Assembly: GCF_006345805.1 (NCBI RefSeq) | Contig: NC_043002.1 | Coordinates: 47,988,001 to 48,052,000, forward strand | Reading direction: 5' to 3' | Origin: Octopus sinensis | Taxonomy: Eukaryota | Length of the DNA: 64,000 nucleotides | Shown: one piece after another, positions 25,511-39,689 of the stretch | Layout: each line of letters opens with the position of its first letter | How positions within the stretch are numbered: position 1 is the stretch's first letter | The notes under the pieces: model-generated | What the model was told of the DNA's origin: nothing | The model's database searches: none | Seen by the model: the letters and a program-made list of their open reading frames with translations, nothing else | Made by a program: the position numbers and the translations under genes

Positions 25511-27434
25511 AATACAGTGAGATCCAAGAAGACTTATCACAAAATGAAATTCCTTTTACATTACACAAACTAGTGTACTGACAGCATTATTGGTAGAATT
25601 TGTTGAGCTTAATGAGGCACTCCAATTGTAACCATTCCATCTTTTCAGTGTTATGCCTGGGACTACATAATGCAATGAGTCTTTTTTTCATATTGACTAC
25701 TGTTAGGTGCAGTTTGAAGAAGATTTGGCCTTTTCTACCAAGTCAAATCAAAGAAGCCCTTTTGCTGATTATGCAGATAAATTTTCTTCCTCATTATTGT
25801 TAATTAATGCAAAGCTTCAGTAATTTGAGAAGAAAAAAAGGAGTGTAACGCAATGGATGAGCAACATGTACTTGTGGTAAAAAGTTGAAAGTAAATGAGT
25901 GAGGAAAGTAAGCAGATATTAAAAATATTTGTTGGTATTTGCAGGAGAAACAATTACATTGGTTTAGTCTTGTTGTTAAGATGCACATCAGTCTCCACTG
26001 AATAAACATGTGATCAAAGGTGTTCTGACAATGACTATCCTTGTCTTCAGTACTGCATATCAAGGACAATATCATCTAATCTATCCCTCCTTTTTCAAAG
26101 GAGTAGGGCATAAATCCAGGAAGAAATGTTTGCTATTCTCAGCAGATTAATTAATAATATTGCAGTTCCCTCACTGGTTGTAGATGAATTGATGATAAAT
26201 GCTGTGTATTGTGATTTGATAAGAAGACAAATCTAGTAAAAGAGATAGACAAAAGTATACTTAGAAAGATATTCTTAGATAATTGAAACTCATAAAATAG
26301 AAAGAATCGACTCACATAGAAATACATAATACTGAGTGGTTTACATTACTTACAATCAAAGAAATATAAATGTTAAACACTTCATAGTCATACAACCTAA
26401 ATACTTGAATTCAATTTTCACTTACTTGCCTAAGAAATAATTTTTCTTCCTTAATACCTTGCGTTATTTTTCTTGTTATATGCAATTTATCCAATGTGAA
26501 AATCTACATTCAGTGTGTAAGGAATTAATTGTTAAAAGGGATGCATGAATATTAACTCATGTCTATGAAACCTGCAGTTTAGAAAATTATAGCTTCCAGT
26601 TCTCTCATTAACTGTATTCATTACACTAAGCATATAATTTACTTAAGAATGTAACTGACTTTCAATACAATAATTATAAAAATTCTTTTATTTCTATTGG
26701 AAATAAAAACTTTTCATATTTGAAGTATTAAATGTTGGGTAAGTGGACAGAACTGCTTTTCAGGGAAACCTTGGAAAATATGGGACAAAATGTTGAAGAC
26801 TACTCTTAAGATGCTAAGCCTCACAAAGGAGATGATACAGAACTGCAATGATTGGTACCATATAGTGCTGGAAAAGTCTCACCTGCCTATGGAAGCATAA
26901 TGAAATAAAACAGTAGTAGTGATGGACACTGGGATATGTAATACACCTACATTTAGGCCATTCACCACCTATTTTGACCCTGTTAAATTTCCATCAACTC
27001 CCTTCCTGCTTCTTTGATACATTCTTTGTCATTCACTATCTCTGTCCTCACCCTCTTTCCTCTTCACTGTACAATGCTACCTCTGTAATGAGTAATGATT
27101 TTAGATCCGTCCTTACTCAATATTCCCCTGTCACTATCTCTGTCACAATTGTCCATGCCATCAGCCTTTTGTACTGCTAGCCTTCACTACCTCTCCTCCA
27201 AGTCATTTTGACATTTATCAGCTCCCTTTTCTCCACCTCTACAATTATTTATCATTTATTTGGCAAGTGTACAGTTACTATCACTGCATTTCCCTCATTG
27301 CTATCAGCCACTAATGTCTGTTTTCCATTACTCTTTCTCCAGTGCTGTTTCTCCAAGTACTCCTTACTCTCATCTCAATTACTCAGTTTCTCCCATCGTA
27401 CCTTCTTCACCTTCTCATTCTTATTCATCTAACT

Positions 27435-27628
27435 GTGTGAACGTCACACTTGGCGGGAGCATCAATCAGGAGCTCCATCAGATATAACTGCCAAGCCAAG
27501 ACTGAGCGTGACAGTGAGGCACACACTGGAGCAGGTACAGGTGCATGCTCACCAAACACAACAGTGTTGCCAACAGCTGCATGCAGTTTTCCAGCACTTT
27601 GGATACCTTACTTTTGGGATTACCCTCA
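27435..27628 (-). mobile_element. Mariner-like terminal fragment
   Basis: Minus strand begins TA-tgagggtaatcccaaaagtaagg, resembling mariner TIR ends; no partner TIR seen. Confidence 0.45.
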
Positions 27629-27651
27629 TATATACATGTTTGTTTGTTTGT

Positions 27652-27707
27652 TTGTGTGTGTGTGCGCGCGCGCACGCGCGTGTGTGTGTGTGTGTGCATG
27701 CATGCAT
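27652..27707. repeat. Alternating purine-pyrimidine tract (TG)n(CG)n(TG)n
   Basis: tgtgtgtgtgtgcgcgcgcgcacgcgcgtgtgtgtg... Confidence 0.9.
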
Positions 27708-27998
27708 TACAAAATGTGGTACATGTTAAAAATAAGGATATGAGCTGGTAAAATAAAGCTTTAGTTCAAATGGACATGCACAAATTTGATCCTCTTTTCA
27801 GTTGTTAATTGAAAATCGCAACGGTTTTTTTGCACCTAAATAATTATTATTCATTCCAACAGTGTCCACAACTGATTAGACTTCCAAAGGTACAGACAAT
27901 TGCACATGATAAAGAAAAGAAGTAGGGTATACAAGATCTCACCATCAGAAATGATGAAGAGACAAATTGTGAGGACAGGGAAGGTACAAGACAAAATG

Positions 27999-28003
<5 letters not shown>

Positions 28004-28063
<60 letters not shown>

Positions 28064-28072
28064 GTATGTATA
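28004..28072. repeat. (TA)n microsatellite
   Basis: Direct reading. Confidence 0.95.
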
Positions 28073-28623
28073 TCAGTGGGTATACAGTTTGATGATTGGT
28101 TCAAGAGTGAAAAATATCAGAATGAAATGAAAAAGAAAGTGACAAAGTTCTTTTGACCTAGATGTTGAATAAAATGAAGTATGGAGAAAAATACATGCCT
28201 TATGGCCTTAACTAACCAACATAGATAAAAAAAACACTTTGTTACTACAAAAGCAATGTGTGTGTGTGTGTGTGCATATGCACATATACATATACATACA
28301 CATACTGGACCATAGCATTATATTTGGAATTTTATTTTTGCCTTTCTGAAATATCTCTAAACTTTTCACAACTTTCAATTCATGTTTCTTTGAATAAATG
28401 AAAGAAAAGTCTTCAGTGATCTTCTTTGATAACAATGTAATTGCCTGCTGTATTTTTATACAAAGAGATTACAGACTGTTCTGCTAACTAAAATTTCTCC
28501 AGTAAACGGAAAGACCTTTTATATTAAGTTACCTTTCTGTTCAAATGATAATAAAAAAAATGAACTATACACAAAGAGACAGTTGATATCTTTAAATTCT
28601 ATACGAAGATTATAAAAACGAAA

Positions 28624-28960
28624 CATCATCATCATTTAACATCTGCTTTCTATGCTGGTATGGGTAGGATGATTTAACAGGGAACCAGCAAGCTGCAAGG
28701 TGGCATTTGGCTTCAAAGTCATCTTTGGCATGGTTTCTATGGCTGGATGCCCTTCCTAAGATCAACCACTTTACAGAATGTACTGGGCATGTTTTTGTGC
28801 CAATGATACTAGTCAGGTGGCCATGAAGGAAAGGGAAGAAAAAGCTCCCACTACTAAGAATTATTTGAGAGGAGATGGTAGAGATAAGTGGCTGTATGCC
28901 AGATGTTGATAAAGTGAGAAGCACAAGTGCCTTGTTATAGAGGAGATATAGTTGAGGGAA
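28624..28960 (-). mobile_element. RTE-tail-related repeat (family D)
   Basis: catcatcatcatttaacatctgc...ggctggatgcccttcctaa...aaccac. Confidence 0.7.
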
Positions 28961-29069
28961 ATAAGAAGGTAATGATGCAGTGTTAGAGCAAACTCTCAAG
29001 GAAGAAGGAACATTTAAGAATTTGAATAGGTACTTGGTGTATGCCATCAAAATAAAGGCACATAATTCA

Positions 29070-29452
29070 TTATTGTTTTATTTGTTTTGGCCATTTGATT
29101 GCAGCCAGGCTGGAGCACTCCCTTTAGTCAAACAAATTGACCCCAGGACTTATTCTTGGTAAGCCTAGTACTTAGCCTATTGTTTTTTTTTTTTGCTGAG
29201 CCACTAAGTTACAGGGACATAAACACACCAACATCAGTTGTCAAGTAATGGTGGGGTGACAAACACAGACACACAAACACATACACACATATACAATGGG
29301 CTTCTTTCAGTTTCCATATACCAAATTCACTCACAGGGCTTTGGTAGCCCCGAGGCTATAGTAGAAGACACTTGCTCAAGGTGCCATACAATGAGAATGA
29401 ACCTGGAACCATATGGTTGAGAAGCAAGCTTCTTACCACACAGCCATGCCTA
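29070..29452 (-). mobile_element. SINE family A
   Basis: Reverse-complement match to 12944-13365. Confidence 0.85.
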
Positions 29453-30787
29453 CATAAGTATTTTTTAAAAGATGGGAAAATATCAATATTTTAAAATAAC
29501 TTTGTAAACAAGTAAATTCTAACATTAAAAGCACTAATTGTAGCAATGAAATAAATTATTGATTCCTAAAACAACTATACATAAAATTTCTTGTTTCCTT
29601 CATTTCAAAATCCTAAATAAATAAAAACAGAAGCTTGCCTCATAAGTATGCTTTGTGCTAACTAACTTATTTTCCATAATATCATTTCACTCCCTACAGC
29701 TGTAGTTTAATGACTTGAATTTCATTTTTCTAAAATTGCTGCATTCATTGATTACTAATTTTTGAAAATCATTGTTAATATACTATTTATAGTATACTAT
29801 TTGCAGGAACATTACAAATCACCATCCTTTGGTTTATTAAATAATTCCTTTTTAAAATAATATTTTTCAAGAAAATATATTTCAAATTATCAAAAAGCTG
29901 AATCAAGATCCAACTTACAGTTTCATTATATATAAACTATAGAAGTTCCATTAGTTTCTGTTTGTTCTTATTGGAACAGCATATAGTACATTTGTTAATG
30001 TTGGAGACGTTTGTTCAAGATAGAATTAAATGCATAAAATAGCATGAAGCAGTGTTGAATGAAATGTATTCATATAAAGTAATATTTAACATGTTTGACA
30101 GTATAAGATTTTCCATTGTGGAAATAATCTCAGAAGAAAATTCTCCTTTTAGACAACACATATGAAAACACAGATTGTTCCGAGAATTATGTCATTCATT
30201 CATATTGGGCTGTGAATAACAGATTTTGTATTTATAGTTGATGTGAAAGAATGCAGAATCACATACATTCTACAATCCTATGATCTCATTCAGAACTCAA
30301 TATATGTTTCTACACATTGTATAGGAAGGGAATTTTCCACTGAGATTATTTCTGCAGTGAAAAGTCTTTCCACATGAAAATGTACATGAACGTAATTATT
30401 ATGACTTCACACAAATATACTCTATTCAACACTGTCTTCATGTAACTTTATTTAATTCTAGCTTGACCAAGCTTTATGAACATCAAAAGCATGCTAGATG
30501 TTGTTCTAATAACAACTAAAATCATTCTTATCAGACTGTGGATAACAGATTTGCTGTTCATAGTAGATAACGTGAAGAAACACTGAAATGCACATGTTAT
30601 ATGATCCAGTGGTGTAATTCTCAGGCCAATATGTGCTTTTAAACATACCATCTAAGAGGAGAATTTTCTCCTGGGACTATTTCCTCAAACAAAGGTCTTC
30701 TCACATCAGAATGTATCCAAACATGTTAAATATGATTTTACAGGAATATATGTAAGTATATGTATATATTGACAGATGGCGATGAGG

Positions 30788-30943
30788 ACATCATCATCAT
30801 CATCATCATCATCGTTTAATGTCCGCGTTCCATGCTAGCATGAGTTGGACGATTTTGACTGAGGGCTGGCGAACCAGATGGCTGCACCAGGCTCCAATAT
30901 TGATTTGGCAGAGTTTCTACAGCTGGATGCCCTTCCTAACGCT
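30788..30943 (-). mobile_element. RTE-tail-related repeat (family D), short young copy
   Basis: (CAT)n-cgtttaatgtccgcgttccatgctagcatg...ctggatgcccttcctaacgc. Confidence 0.75.
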
Positions 30944-31209
30944 AATATAATATATATTTGATATAATATATATATTGTATATATTACAACTTATATAACC
31001 TCTAGGTGTTAAGGTGTTCCACTCAAAATCTCTAGATTGTGGGTTCACTTCCCAAACTGAGCAGTGCATTGTATTCTTGATCACAAAAAAGACATGTCAA
31101 AATCACTACTGGAGAAGTAGCAGGTACTCAGAAAACATTTGATGTCTATATATGGCCAAACAGACCAGCTTAGAAGTGGTTCTTCATAAATTTCATTTAT
31201 TATTTTAAT

Positions 31210-31262
31210 TGGTTTTGATTTGTAATGTACTCTTACTGGTTTTGATTTGTAATGTACTCTTA
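31210..31262. repeat. 27-bp-period tandem duplication
   Basis: tggttttgatttgtaatgtactctta at 31210 and 31237. Confidence 0.95.
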
Positions 31263-32191
31263 TTGATTCCTATTGTCTCTATTTGAATAGTAATTTCAGT
31301 TTGAAAAAAGACAGGATGGGAGAGTCTTAGAGAGAATGCTTTTATTCTTAACATTGTGGAAAAAAAAAATCTCTGAAATCATAAACAAAGGTAATATGGT
31401 GACAATTGAAAAATTCCTTAAAAATGATGGGATAGTTACTGGAATGCTTTCATTCTTACCAATAATCATGCTTGAAAAATTTGATTAAAATAGAACCATT
31501 CCAATTCCATAAAAACAGACAGGATGCAATCAGTTGGAATGTTGTTATTGCAAATGCTTAATATATTGATAAATAAACTTTGATCCTTTACTGGCATGAC
31601 TATCGAATTTGCACATGTACAGAACAAACTGTCTTTATGATTGGATTTTAGTAATCACATTATAATGAATTTTTCATAACAATGGAATTTTTATGCCCTG
31701 TCAATTTAATTACATATTAGCATAACCAAAAATTTAACAAAAAAAGACAAAAGCATAAAGATCATTGAGTAAAGTCTGCACAAGGTACATTAAATACAAT
31801 GTTACACTTTTACTTCAATTATTCTGTGATGAACACACAAAAAGTGAAAGTCTGAGTTGCATTTTAGTTTAAAAAGTAAAATGAAGCTCAAATTTTAGAT
31901 CAATCATTTTCCTCTGATCTTTATTACATTTGCTTGAAGAAACTACATAACTGAATGCATACTTTGCAACTTACAATAGACCTTGCAATAGAAAGATTGA
32001 ATCTAAACTGTAGCAGGCTCTTGTTTGAATCCAAGTAAGGCATATTGAACTAATCATTTGTTATGACTAATGAAAACAAATGACCTCTTTTGATGGTAAA
32101 TATTGATGGTGAAGACATTGGAATCTAGCAGTGTGATAATTTCTCTCAGAATCATTAGATAAATCTGGAAATTACAGATGCTACAAGGAGT

Positions 32192-33180
32192 CATCATCAT
32201 CAACATCATCATTATTATCATCATCATTGTTTAACATCCTTTGTCCATCCTGGGATGGGTTGGATGGTTTGACTAGAGTCGACCAGGTAGAAGACTACCC
32301 TAGACTACTGTAGCTGTTTTAGAGGGTTTTATGGCTAGATGCCTGCCCTTCCTAACACCAACCACTCTGCAGAGTGGATGAATGCTTTTTACGTGGCACC
32401 AGCATTGGCAGGGTCACCAAGTAACTTGCAAGACAAGGAATTTTGAGAAGGGCAGGGGAATTTGAGGAGGCAACTTGTGTCAGAGGTTGAAAGGTTAGGT
32501 GTCTTGCTATAATGGAGGGGGCACTGGAGGAGGTGATCCAGTGTCAAATGAGGAAAAATTAGGGCGTGACAGAGAAAGAGAGAGGTAGAAACAGGTATTT
32601 TTCTATAGAGGAGGTACATGGTTACCTAGAGAGAGAGAGACAGACAAACAGAGAGGAGAGAGAGAGAGTGAGAGGAAGAGAGATGAACAAGAAAGGGGAC
32701 AGATGTGCTGATGTAAAGGAGATACTTGGTAACCAAGTTAGAGAGAAAAGCAAAAGCAGGAGAGACAGAGTAATTAAGAATGAGGGCAGAAACAGGTGTG
32801 CTGCTGTAGAGGAGATACATGGCTACCCAGCCAGAAGGAAGAGCAAGGGAAAGAGAGAGAGAGAAAGAGAGTGGGAAACAGCAAAAGTGCAAGAGATAGC
32901 AGGAGAGAGATGGTGAAGTGAAGGGTATACTCAGATATAACAAGGATCAGAGCATAGATGTTATGGCAGAGTAAGAAAAAGAGAGATACAGAGGTCATAA
33001 TATATGCAGTCAGGTATTGCCAAGAAGGCACAAGTAGGGAATGGGGATTGCAGTGACTGGTGAAAACCTGGGTATAAAAATGGGGTGATGGAAAGCAGCA
33101 ATACAGTGAGGGCAAGGAAGGAGATTGGAAGGTAATCATAGTTTATGAAGAGGAAATGTGAGGAAGAGAAAGATGCAGTT
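32192..33180 (-). mobile_element. 3' UTR portion of an RTE-like LINE (family D tail, GA-rich region, three ~120-bp subrepeats)
   Basis: (CAT)n tail; gggtcaccaagtaacttgcaagaca mirrors 36960-36990; acagg/atgtg...gaggagatacatggctacc unit occurs three times in 32590-32830. Confidence 0.6.
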
Positions 33181-33280
33181 TAGAAGAGGAGATATAGTTC
33201 GGTTTCTTGGGATAGGGCGTGTGAAAAGTTATATGCCGGTATGTATGTACAAAATGTTAAATATTTTATCCATGTGTGTA

Positions 33281-33403
33281 GACATATATATATATATATA
33301 TACACATATATATATATATATACACATATATATATACACACACATATATATATACACATATATATATATACACATATATATATATATATATATATACACA
33401 TAA

Positions 33404-33434
<31 letters not shown>

Positions 33435-33542
33435 CACACATATATATATATATACACACACATATATATATATATATATACACATATATACATATATACA
33501 CACATATATATATATATACACACACATATATATATATAATAT

Positions 33543-33594
<52 letters not shown>

Positions 33595-33814
33595 CACATA
33601 TATATATACACACACACACACACATATATATACACACACACATATATATATATACACACACATATATATATATATATATATACACACACATATATATATA
33701 TATATATACACACACATATATATATATATATACAACACATATATATATATACACACACATATATATACACACACACATATATATATATATACACACACAC
33801 ATATATATATACAC

Positions 33815-33847
<33 letters not shown>

Positions 33848-33868
33848 TATATATATATATATACACAC

Positions 33869-33909
<41 letters not shown>

Positions 33910-34064
33910 CACACATATATATATACACATATATATATATATATACACACATATATATATATATATATATATACACCACATATATATATATACACACATA
34001 TATATATAATATATATATATATACACACACATATATATATATATATATATACACATATATATAT

Positions 34065-34104
<40 letters not shown>

Positions 34105-34192
34105 TATATATATATACACATATAATATATATATATATTATATACACATATATATATATATATATATACCACATATATATATATATACACAC

Positions 34193-34249
<57 letters not shown>

Positions 34250-34279
34250 TATATATACACACATATATATATATACACA

Positions 34280-34320
<41 letters not shown>
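33281..34320. repeat. ~1 kb compound (TA)n/(CA)n satellite
   Basis: Almost purely alternating A with T/C, no G on the plus strand. Confidence 0.97.
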
Positions 34321-34321
<1 letters not shown>

Positions 34322-35339
34322 TAATGTAATTATATACAGACTGTCTTTAAACAGCTAAAAGACCAACTACCAAAGGAAACTTTCAGACATCCTGTGGCAA
34401 AGACTCTATATCATACAATTCCTTTCAACGTTTTCTGATTATTTCCATGGTAATCTCAATCCCTGATGTGAAACTGATCGGTTAAGTGACTGATAAGTGA
34501 ATATAATATTGGATTATTATTATTTTGATATTATCATTACAATTATTATTATTACTATATGTATGTCTGTGTGTGTGTGTGTTTAAATAAGTTTTAATCT
34601 AAGGTATGTGTTCCTTATTGAATGTCTATTACAATTTTCTTAAAAATTGTATTTACTTATGCAAATTTATAAAATATCTTATTTCATTTTCTTTAGTCCA
34701 GAGATCACTCATGGATACAGTCAATGATATTTCTGTAATATCAGGCATGACCCAAACTGTTGCCATAGTAAAAGACTAGGCCCTTTGATGTAACCTTTTT
34801 CTTTGACCTGCATTTTAAATTAAGTGTGTATAAAATATTCAACATTTGCTCTACTCATGTGCTTTTCCATACCTTCTAGCTTTTAGAATTCAGAATGCAT
34901 AAAAAAACCCAGCAAATTCTGTTACATATTAAATAGGCTTGACTTCTAATGTAGCATATATAAATTAGTATAAATTAATTTGTAAGCCAGAGCAATGAAT
35001 TAGGTGACTAACTGATAAAAACATCAAAGCTCTCTTATATTGATAATATAACTCAGGTGGTTTAAAAATCACGTAAAAATCATCCAACGTTACATTGCTT
35101 TTCCCATTGTATCATCACTGAAACCTAGCAAACAACTTTTGGACAATCATATCTTTGATTTCCAACCCTTGCATTGTCACGTATTTGCTTGATGTGATGC
35201 ATTCTGCTTTTCACTCCCTTACTTTTATGTAAAAACATGTGGACTAAATAATTATTAGTTTTAGCAAGCATCATAGTTTTTCATGCTATTCTCATCTCCC
35301 ACCTGTCATAACATAATATATATGTATGACAAAGACATC

Positions 35340-35545
35340 ATGCTGGCAGAATTGTTAGCATGACAGAAGAATACTTAGCAGCATTTTGTCTGTCTTTGCA
35401 TTCTAAATTCAAATACTGCAGAGGTTGATTTTGTCTTCATCCTTTCAAGCTTGATACAATAAATACCAGTCAAACACTGGGGCTGATGTAATTGACTAGA
35501 CCCCCCCCCCCGCTTCCACAAAGTTTCAGTCCACATGCCTATAAG
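35340..35545 (+). mobile_element. SINE family B
   Basis: tggcagaattgttagc...ttcaaat...tcttcatcctttc...aataccagtcaaacactgggg. Confidence 0.75.
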
Positions 35546-35549
35546 AGAA

Positions 35550-37175
35550 AGAGAGCTTCCTCTACATGAACCAGCTATTCAAGTTGTATGCTGTATGATA
35601 GATAAGGCTATGAAGGACATGAAATCCAAGAAAGTTCCTGGCCCATCAGGAGTTATTGTTGAGATGCTTAAAATATCTGGTGGACTAGGATATGGTCTTG
35701 TCACCCATATAGTTAATCAGTTATACAGGAAGGTGTCATCCCCAGTGACTAGTGTTGTAGGGTTATAATCAGCTGCTACAAGAGTAAGGAAAATAGAAGT
35801 GATTATAGAGGCAACAGGTCGTGAAAGTTTTGTTCCAATTAATTGGGAACAGAAATCAGATTAGATGAGATGCAGCTTGGCTATGGGCTGGGGAGAAGCA
35901 CTACTGATGTTATCTGTATAGTAAGACAACTTCAGAAGTATTTTGTTATGGTGGGCTCTGTGGAAGCTAGTAGTAGACAAGTGGCTTGTAGAAACTGTAC
36001 AGGCCATGTAAGAGGTTCTGTCAGAGAGTTTATCATGAGAACAGTGATGAGTTTAGTGTACAGGTATCCATTCATCAGAGTTCAGTTCTTAGTCCCCTTG
36101 TATTCATTGTTGTCCTTCAGGCCATGACAAAGCAATTCAAGACTGGCAACCCCTGTGAAATGCTACATGCTGATGATCTTGTTCTCACAACAGATTCTGT
36201 AACAGAACTAGAAAAGAAATTCCAGACATGGAAGAAAAACTTAAAGTTAAAGGGCCTTAATTTTAACTTAGCAAAGACCAATGTTCTAGTAAACAAAAAA
36301 ACAGACAGGACCTACACTATTCATGTAAATAGCCTTACTTAACATGTAGGAAAGATGTAGCCAGGAATTCTATACAGTGTACCTAATGCAAGCTGTGGAC
36401 ACACAAGAGATGCAGTGGAATAATAGGAAGGTTAATAGAGTAAGTAGCTTTTCGTATGTGGAAGATGTACCAGAGCTATAAATATTCCAGATACATGGGG
36501 AAATGATTTCTTTAAATGCCTCTGTGTTATTCCCCTTCATTAATATCTCTTTTATCTGCTACCACCCTCAATGCTTTCACATCTCTACTGCAGCTCCCAT
36601 CCCTCAGCCACTCTTATTCTCCCCATTATTTGCTGCAATCACCTCTTTCCTGCCCATTCACCCACTCTAAATGTCTGTATCATCTCACTTATTCTCACCA
36701 TTCCCCAATGTCCCTTTGGGGTATATTTCAACTCATCTTTGCCTCTATCTCTCTCACTATTGCTCTCTCTCTCTCTCTTTATCTTACTTTGCCACTCATC
36801 TGCTTTCTTTATCTTACTCTCCAACTTAATCTCCTTTCACTTCCAACTGGGGTATCCATATCCCTTGTCTACAGGAAGATATCTACCCTTGTCTCTCCGT
36901 ACTTTAATCTCTCCATTGGCACAGAGCCACCCTGGCCTCAATTCTACTAAAGCCAAGGTGGTTTGTCTTGCAAGTTGCTTGGTGACCCTGTCAGTGCTGG
37001 TGTCATGTAAAAAGCACCCAATACAGTCAGTAAAGTAGTTGGCATGAGGAAGGACATCTAGCTGTCGAAACCATGGCAAAACAGACAAAAGTGCCTGGTG
37101 TGGTTTCCGGCCTTACCAGCTCCTGTCAAACTGTCCAACTCATGCCAATATGGAAAACAAATGATGATGATGATG
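35550..37175 (+). mobile_element. Decayed 5'-truncated RTE-clade LINE (RT remnant, Cys-rich C-terminus, 3' UTR, (GAT)n tail)
   Basis: Frameshifted pieces KAMKDMKSKKVPGPSGVIVEMLK, DEMQLGY..GRSTTDVICIVRQLQ, MLHADDLVL (YADD-like), GLNFNLAKTNVL, NSIQCT*CKLWTHKRCSG; ends tgatgatgatgat. Confidence 0.85.
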
Positions 37176-37415
37176 TTGAACCTTTCTTAACAAAATGATA
37201 TCATTTTTTTATAAACTATATAGATTATATAATAAAGTATTATAATCAATTATGATATATTTATCCACTGCCATGTACAACTTTATTTAGATCAGAAATA
37301 AATTGACTGCTGATTGAGATCCACTGTTTCATTCTATTGATACAATAAATTAAAAGAAAAAAGAAAAGAAAATGGAAGATAAAAGTATAGTAGCAAGAAG
37401 AATTGTTCAACTTAC

Positions 37416-37454
37416 TTTTTTTGGGTGCCATAACCGATTCAGTATATTTTTGAC
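37416..37454 (-). other. Candidate 39-nt exon of an unidentified minus-strand gene
   Basis: Minus: tttctttttttttttacag|GTCAAAAATATACTGAATCGGTTATGGCACCCAAAAAAA|gtaagt; open as VKNILNRLWHPKK (phase 0) or xQKYTESVMAPKK (phase 1). Confidence 0.65.
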
Positions 37455-38441
37455 CTGTAAAAAAAAAAGAAACTGGTTTAGAAATCGAAATACCTTCTTC
37501 AAGAATGATGGAAATAATTTTACTATTAAATGAGTTATTAGAACATTCTGATCAATATTTTCTCAGACATGCTCACATCAACATATATGATATATTTGAA
37601 TTAGAAATACAAAATTGAGAATTTAAAGAAAATTATAAACACATAACATAATATTTTATTTTTATTTTACACTTATAAACAAATAAAGAACCTGCTAACT
37701 CCCATGAGATTTGGTTTAACACCAAAAGATTCATTTTCAAGTATTGTTTCATTTTGAAGGTATGTCAATTTAGCACAGCTTGTCCTTCTCACTCCTATTT
37801 ACTACAGCAGGAAATTGAAAATGTGAGAAGCATGTAAGTTGAACTGGCTCAACTGGGAATCAAATTTGTATTTTCACACTCAGTTTGCCAAAAGTACATT
37901 AAGTTTCTATGGGTATTTATTGTTTATGCTTAGTAGCATTAAATAAGTAGCTAGTTTTCTTTTTGTTAGAATTTTCATATAAGTATTCTTTCCCCAAGTA
38001 AAATTATTTGTATGTAGGAAAAAGAAAGAAGAAAAGAAGAAATGACTTTCTTTTATGTTTATTTCCTGGTTATCAACATATATTCTCATTTAATATATAC
38101 AAATATATTCTCTGAATAATCCTACTTCATTAATAAATAATTGTTGTAGTTTTCAAATATTTATCAATCATTTGTTTAGATTTAGTTTCTTCATACATGT
38201 TCTGATCTTTTTCAATGAGCTAGTAACCTCTGCCTAGTTTATTTTCTCACAGTATAGTGGAGCTTATTCTAGACTTTTCTAGGCCAACTATTGTTAAATA
38301 GAAATGTTTCCTCTTTGTGAATTATTTATCTTATAGTTACTCCACATACAAAATATATTCTGTGATTTCAAATAAAGGGATAAACCAAGGCTATTCAACA
38401 AATTTATCTTGCTCAGCTTTGCCATGATTCATTTCATGTGA

Positions 38442-39689
38442 TTGATAACGTGTCATCAAAAAAAAAAAAAAAAAAATACTTGATCCTTGATATCTCTCTT
38501 AATTTCTATCCTTTGTTTACTTGCGAAAGTCTTTATAAAGAAATCTGTCAGATTATATACAATAATTCAACTTGTTTTGTCTTCTTCTTACACCACCTCA
38601 AAAACTTCACTCAGTCAAGCTCACCTTATTAATCTATGTTAGAAAACTCATTCCTCATTGGAGACAAAATGTGCATTTAACCATTAAAGTGTTTCTATGA
38701 GTTTGAATAAAGTCAATCTGGTCCCAATCTTCATTGAATAATAGACAATCAGTTTGGGAAGCAAACGTTTTGGGTTTAGGCACAATTATCACTGTGGGGA
38801 TGAGGAATGTGCTTCATAGCTATTTAGCTTGGATTTGATCTTACTGCATGAGATATTAGATAAAATTTCTTCTACATAACTTAATTTGAAAAATGCTTAG
38901 TGAGAGAAATTTAATTACAGAAACTATTTGGAAGCCTTGTTTAATCCCACTACCACCTCATCCCTAGGAGCATTTAACCAACTACCTTCTGTTGAAACTC
39001 TTTAGGACAGGTTTCTGGTCTGACAAAAGTTGGGAGCACAGTTCTTTCTCCTAGGACTAAGTTATGAAAATTTAAAAAATCTTTACTTACATCAAGAAAC
39101 TACAGAAGTACATCGGTTCTTCATTGACCTTAGTTTCCTTAAACATAAGTTTATTGATGATTCCTGGCATCATGATATTAAGATAATTATATTTATGACA
39201 TTATATTTGAGGTAAGTCTAGTAAACCTGTTCTTTCTACTCATCTGAAAATTCTTTGTGCTTAAGCCAAGATAAAGGTGTCTGTCATATTCTCTAATACT
39301 ATATCTTCTTATCAGAATTCTTACTTACTAAAAATAAATTGCAATAAATTTTCTGTTTGTAGAAGTGCATAGTTATTATGATATCTAAATAGATGGAATT
39401 TGCAATCTATTGAACAGATAATATGTTGTCTGTAGTCACTTGGAAAAGTGTAAAAGTATCTATTTAGAAGAGTAGGATGTAGGCTTTCTATTTAAACAAC
39501 TATTTTACAAAAACTAATTACAGCATAGAAAGAAATCTGCTTTCACCAACCAGTATGGTTTTCATGAGTTAAAATTCACATCTACAATATTCCTATTCAT
39601 TACTGATGAAGCACACCAGGACACAAATCCCACGTTAAAACATTAAAATAAGCATTCTCACAATAAATAATTTTCTTGGTATACAGAAA
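38442..39689 (+). repeat. Left arm of a ~1.24 kb inverted duplication
   Basis: Reverse complement of 40460-41690; about 11 substitutions and 3 indels by manual comparison. Confidence 0.97.

Noticed and set aside
26419-26445. Minus-strand ttag|GCAA|gtaagt 4-nt microexon-like pattern
   Set aside because: Upstream region is purine-rich with no branch motif; frame-shifting length
33158-34264. Long ORFs of 130-306 aa ([12 protein letters not shown]-rich)
   Set aside because: Translations of the TA/CA satellite, which lacks stop codons by composition; the same applies to similar ORFs at 939, 14614, 27847 and 60957-61337
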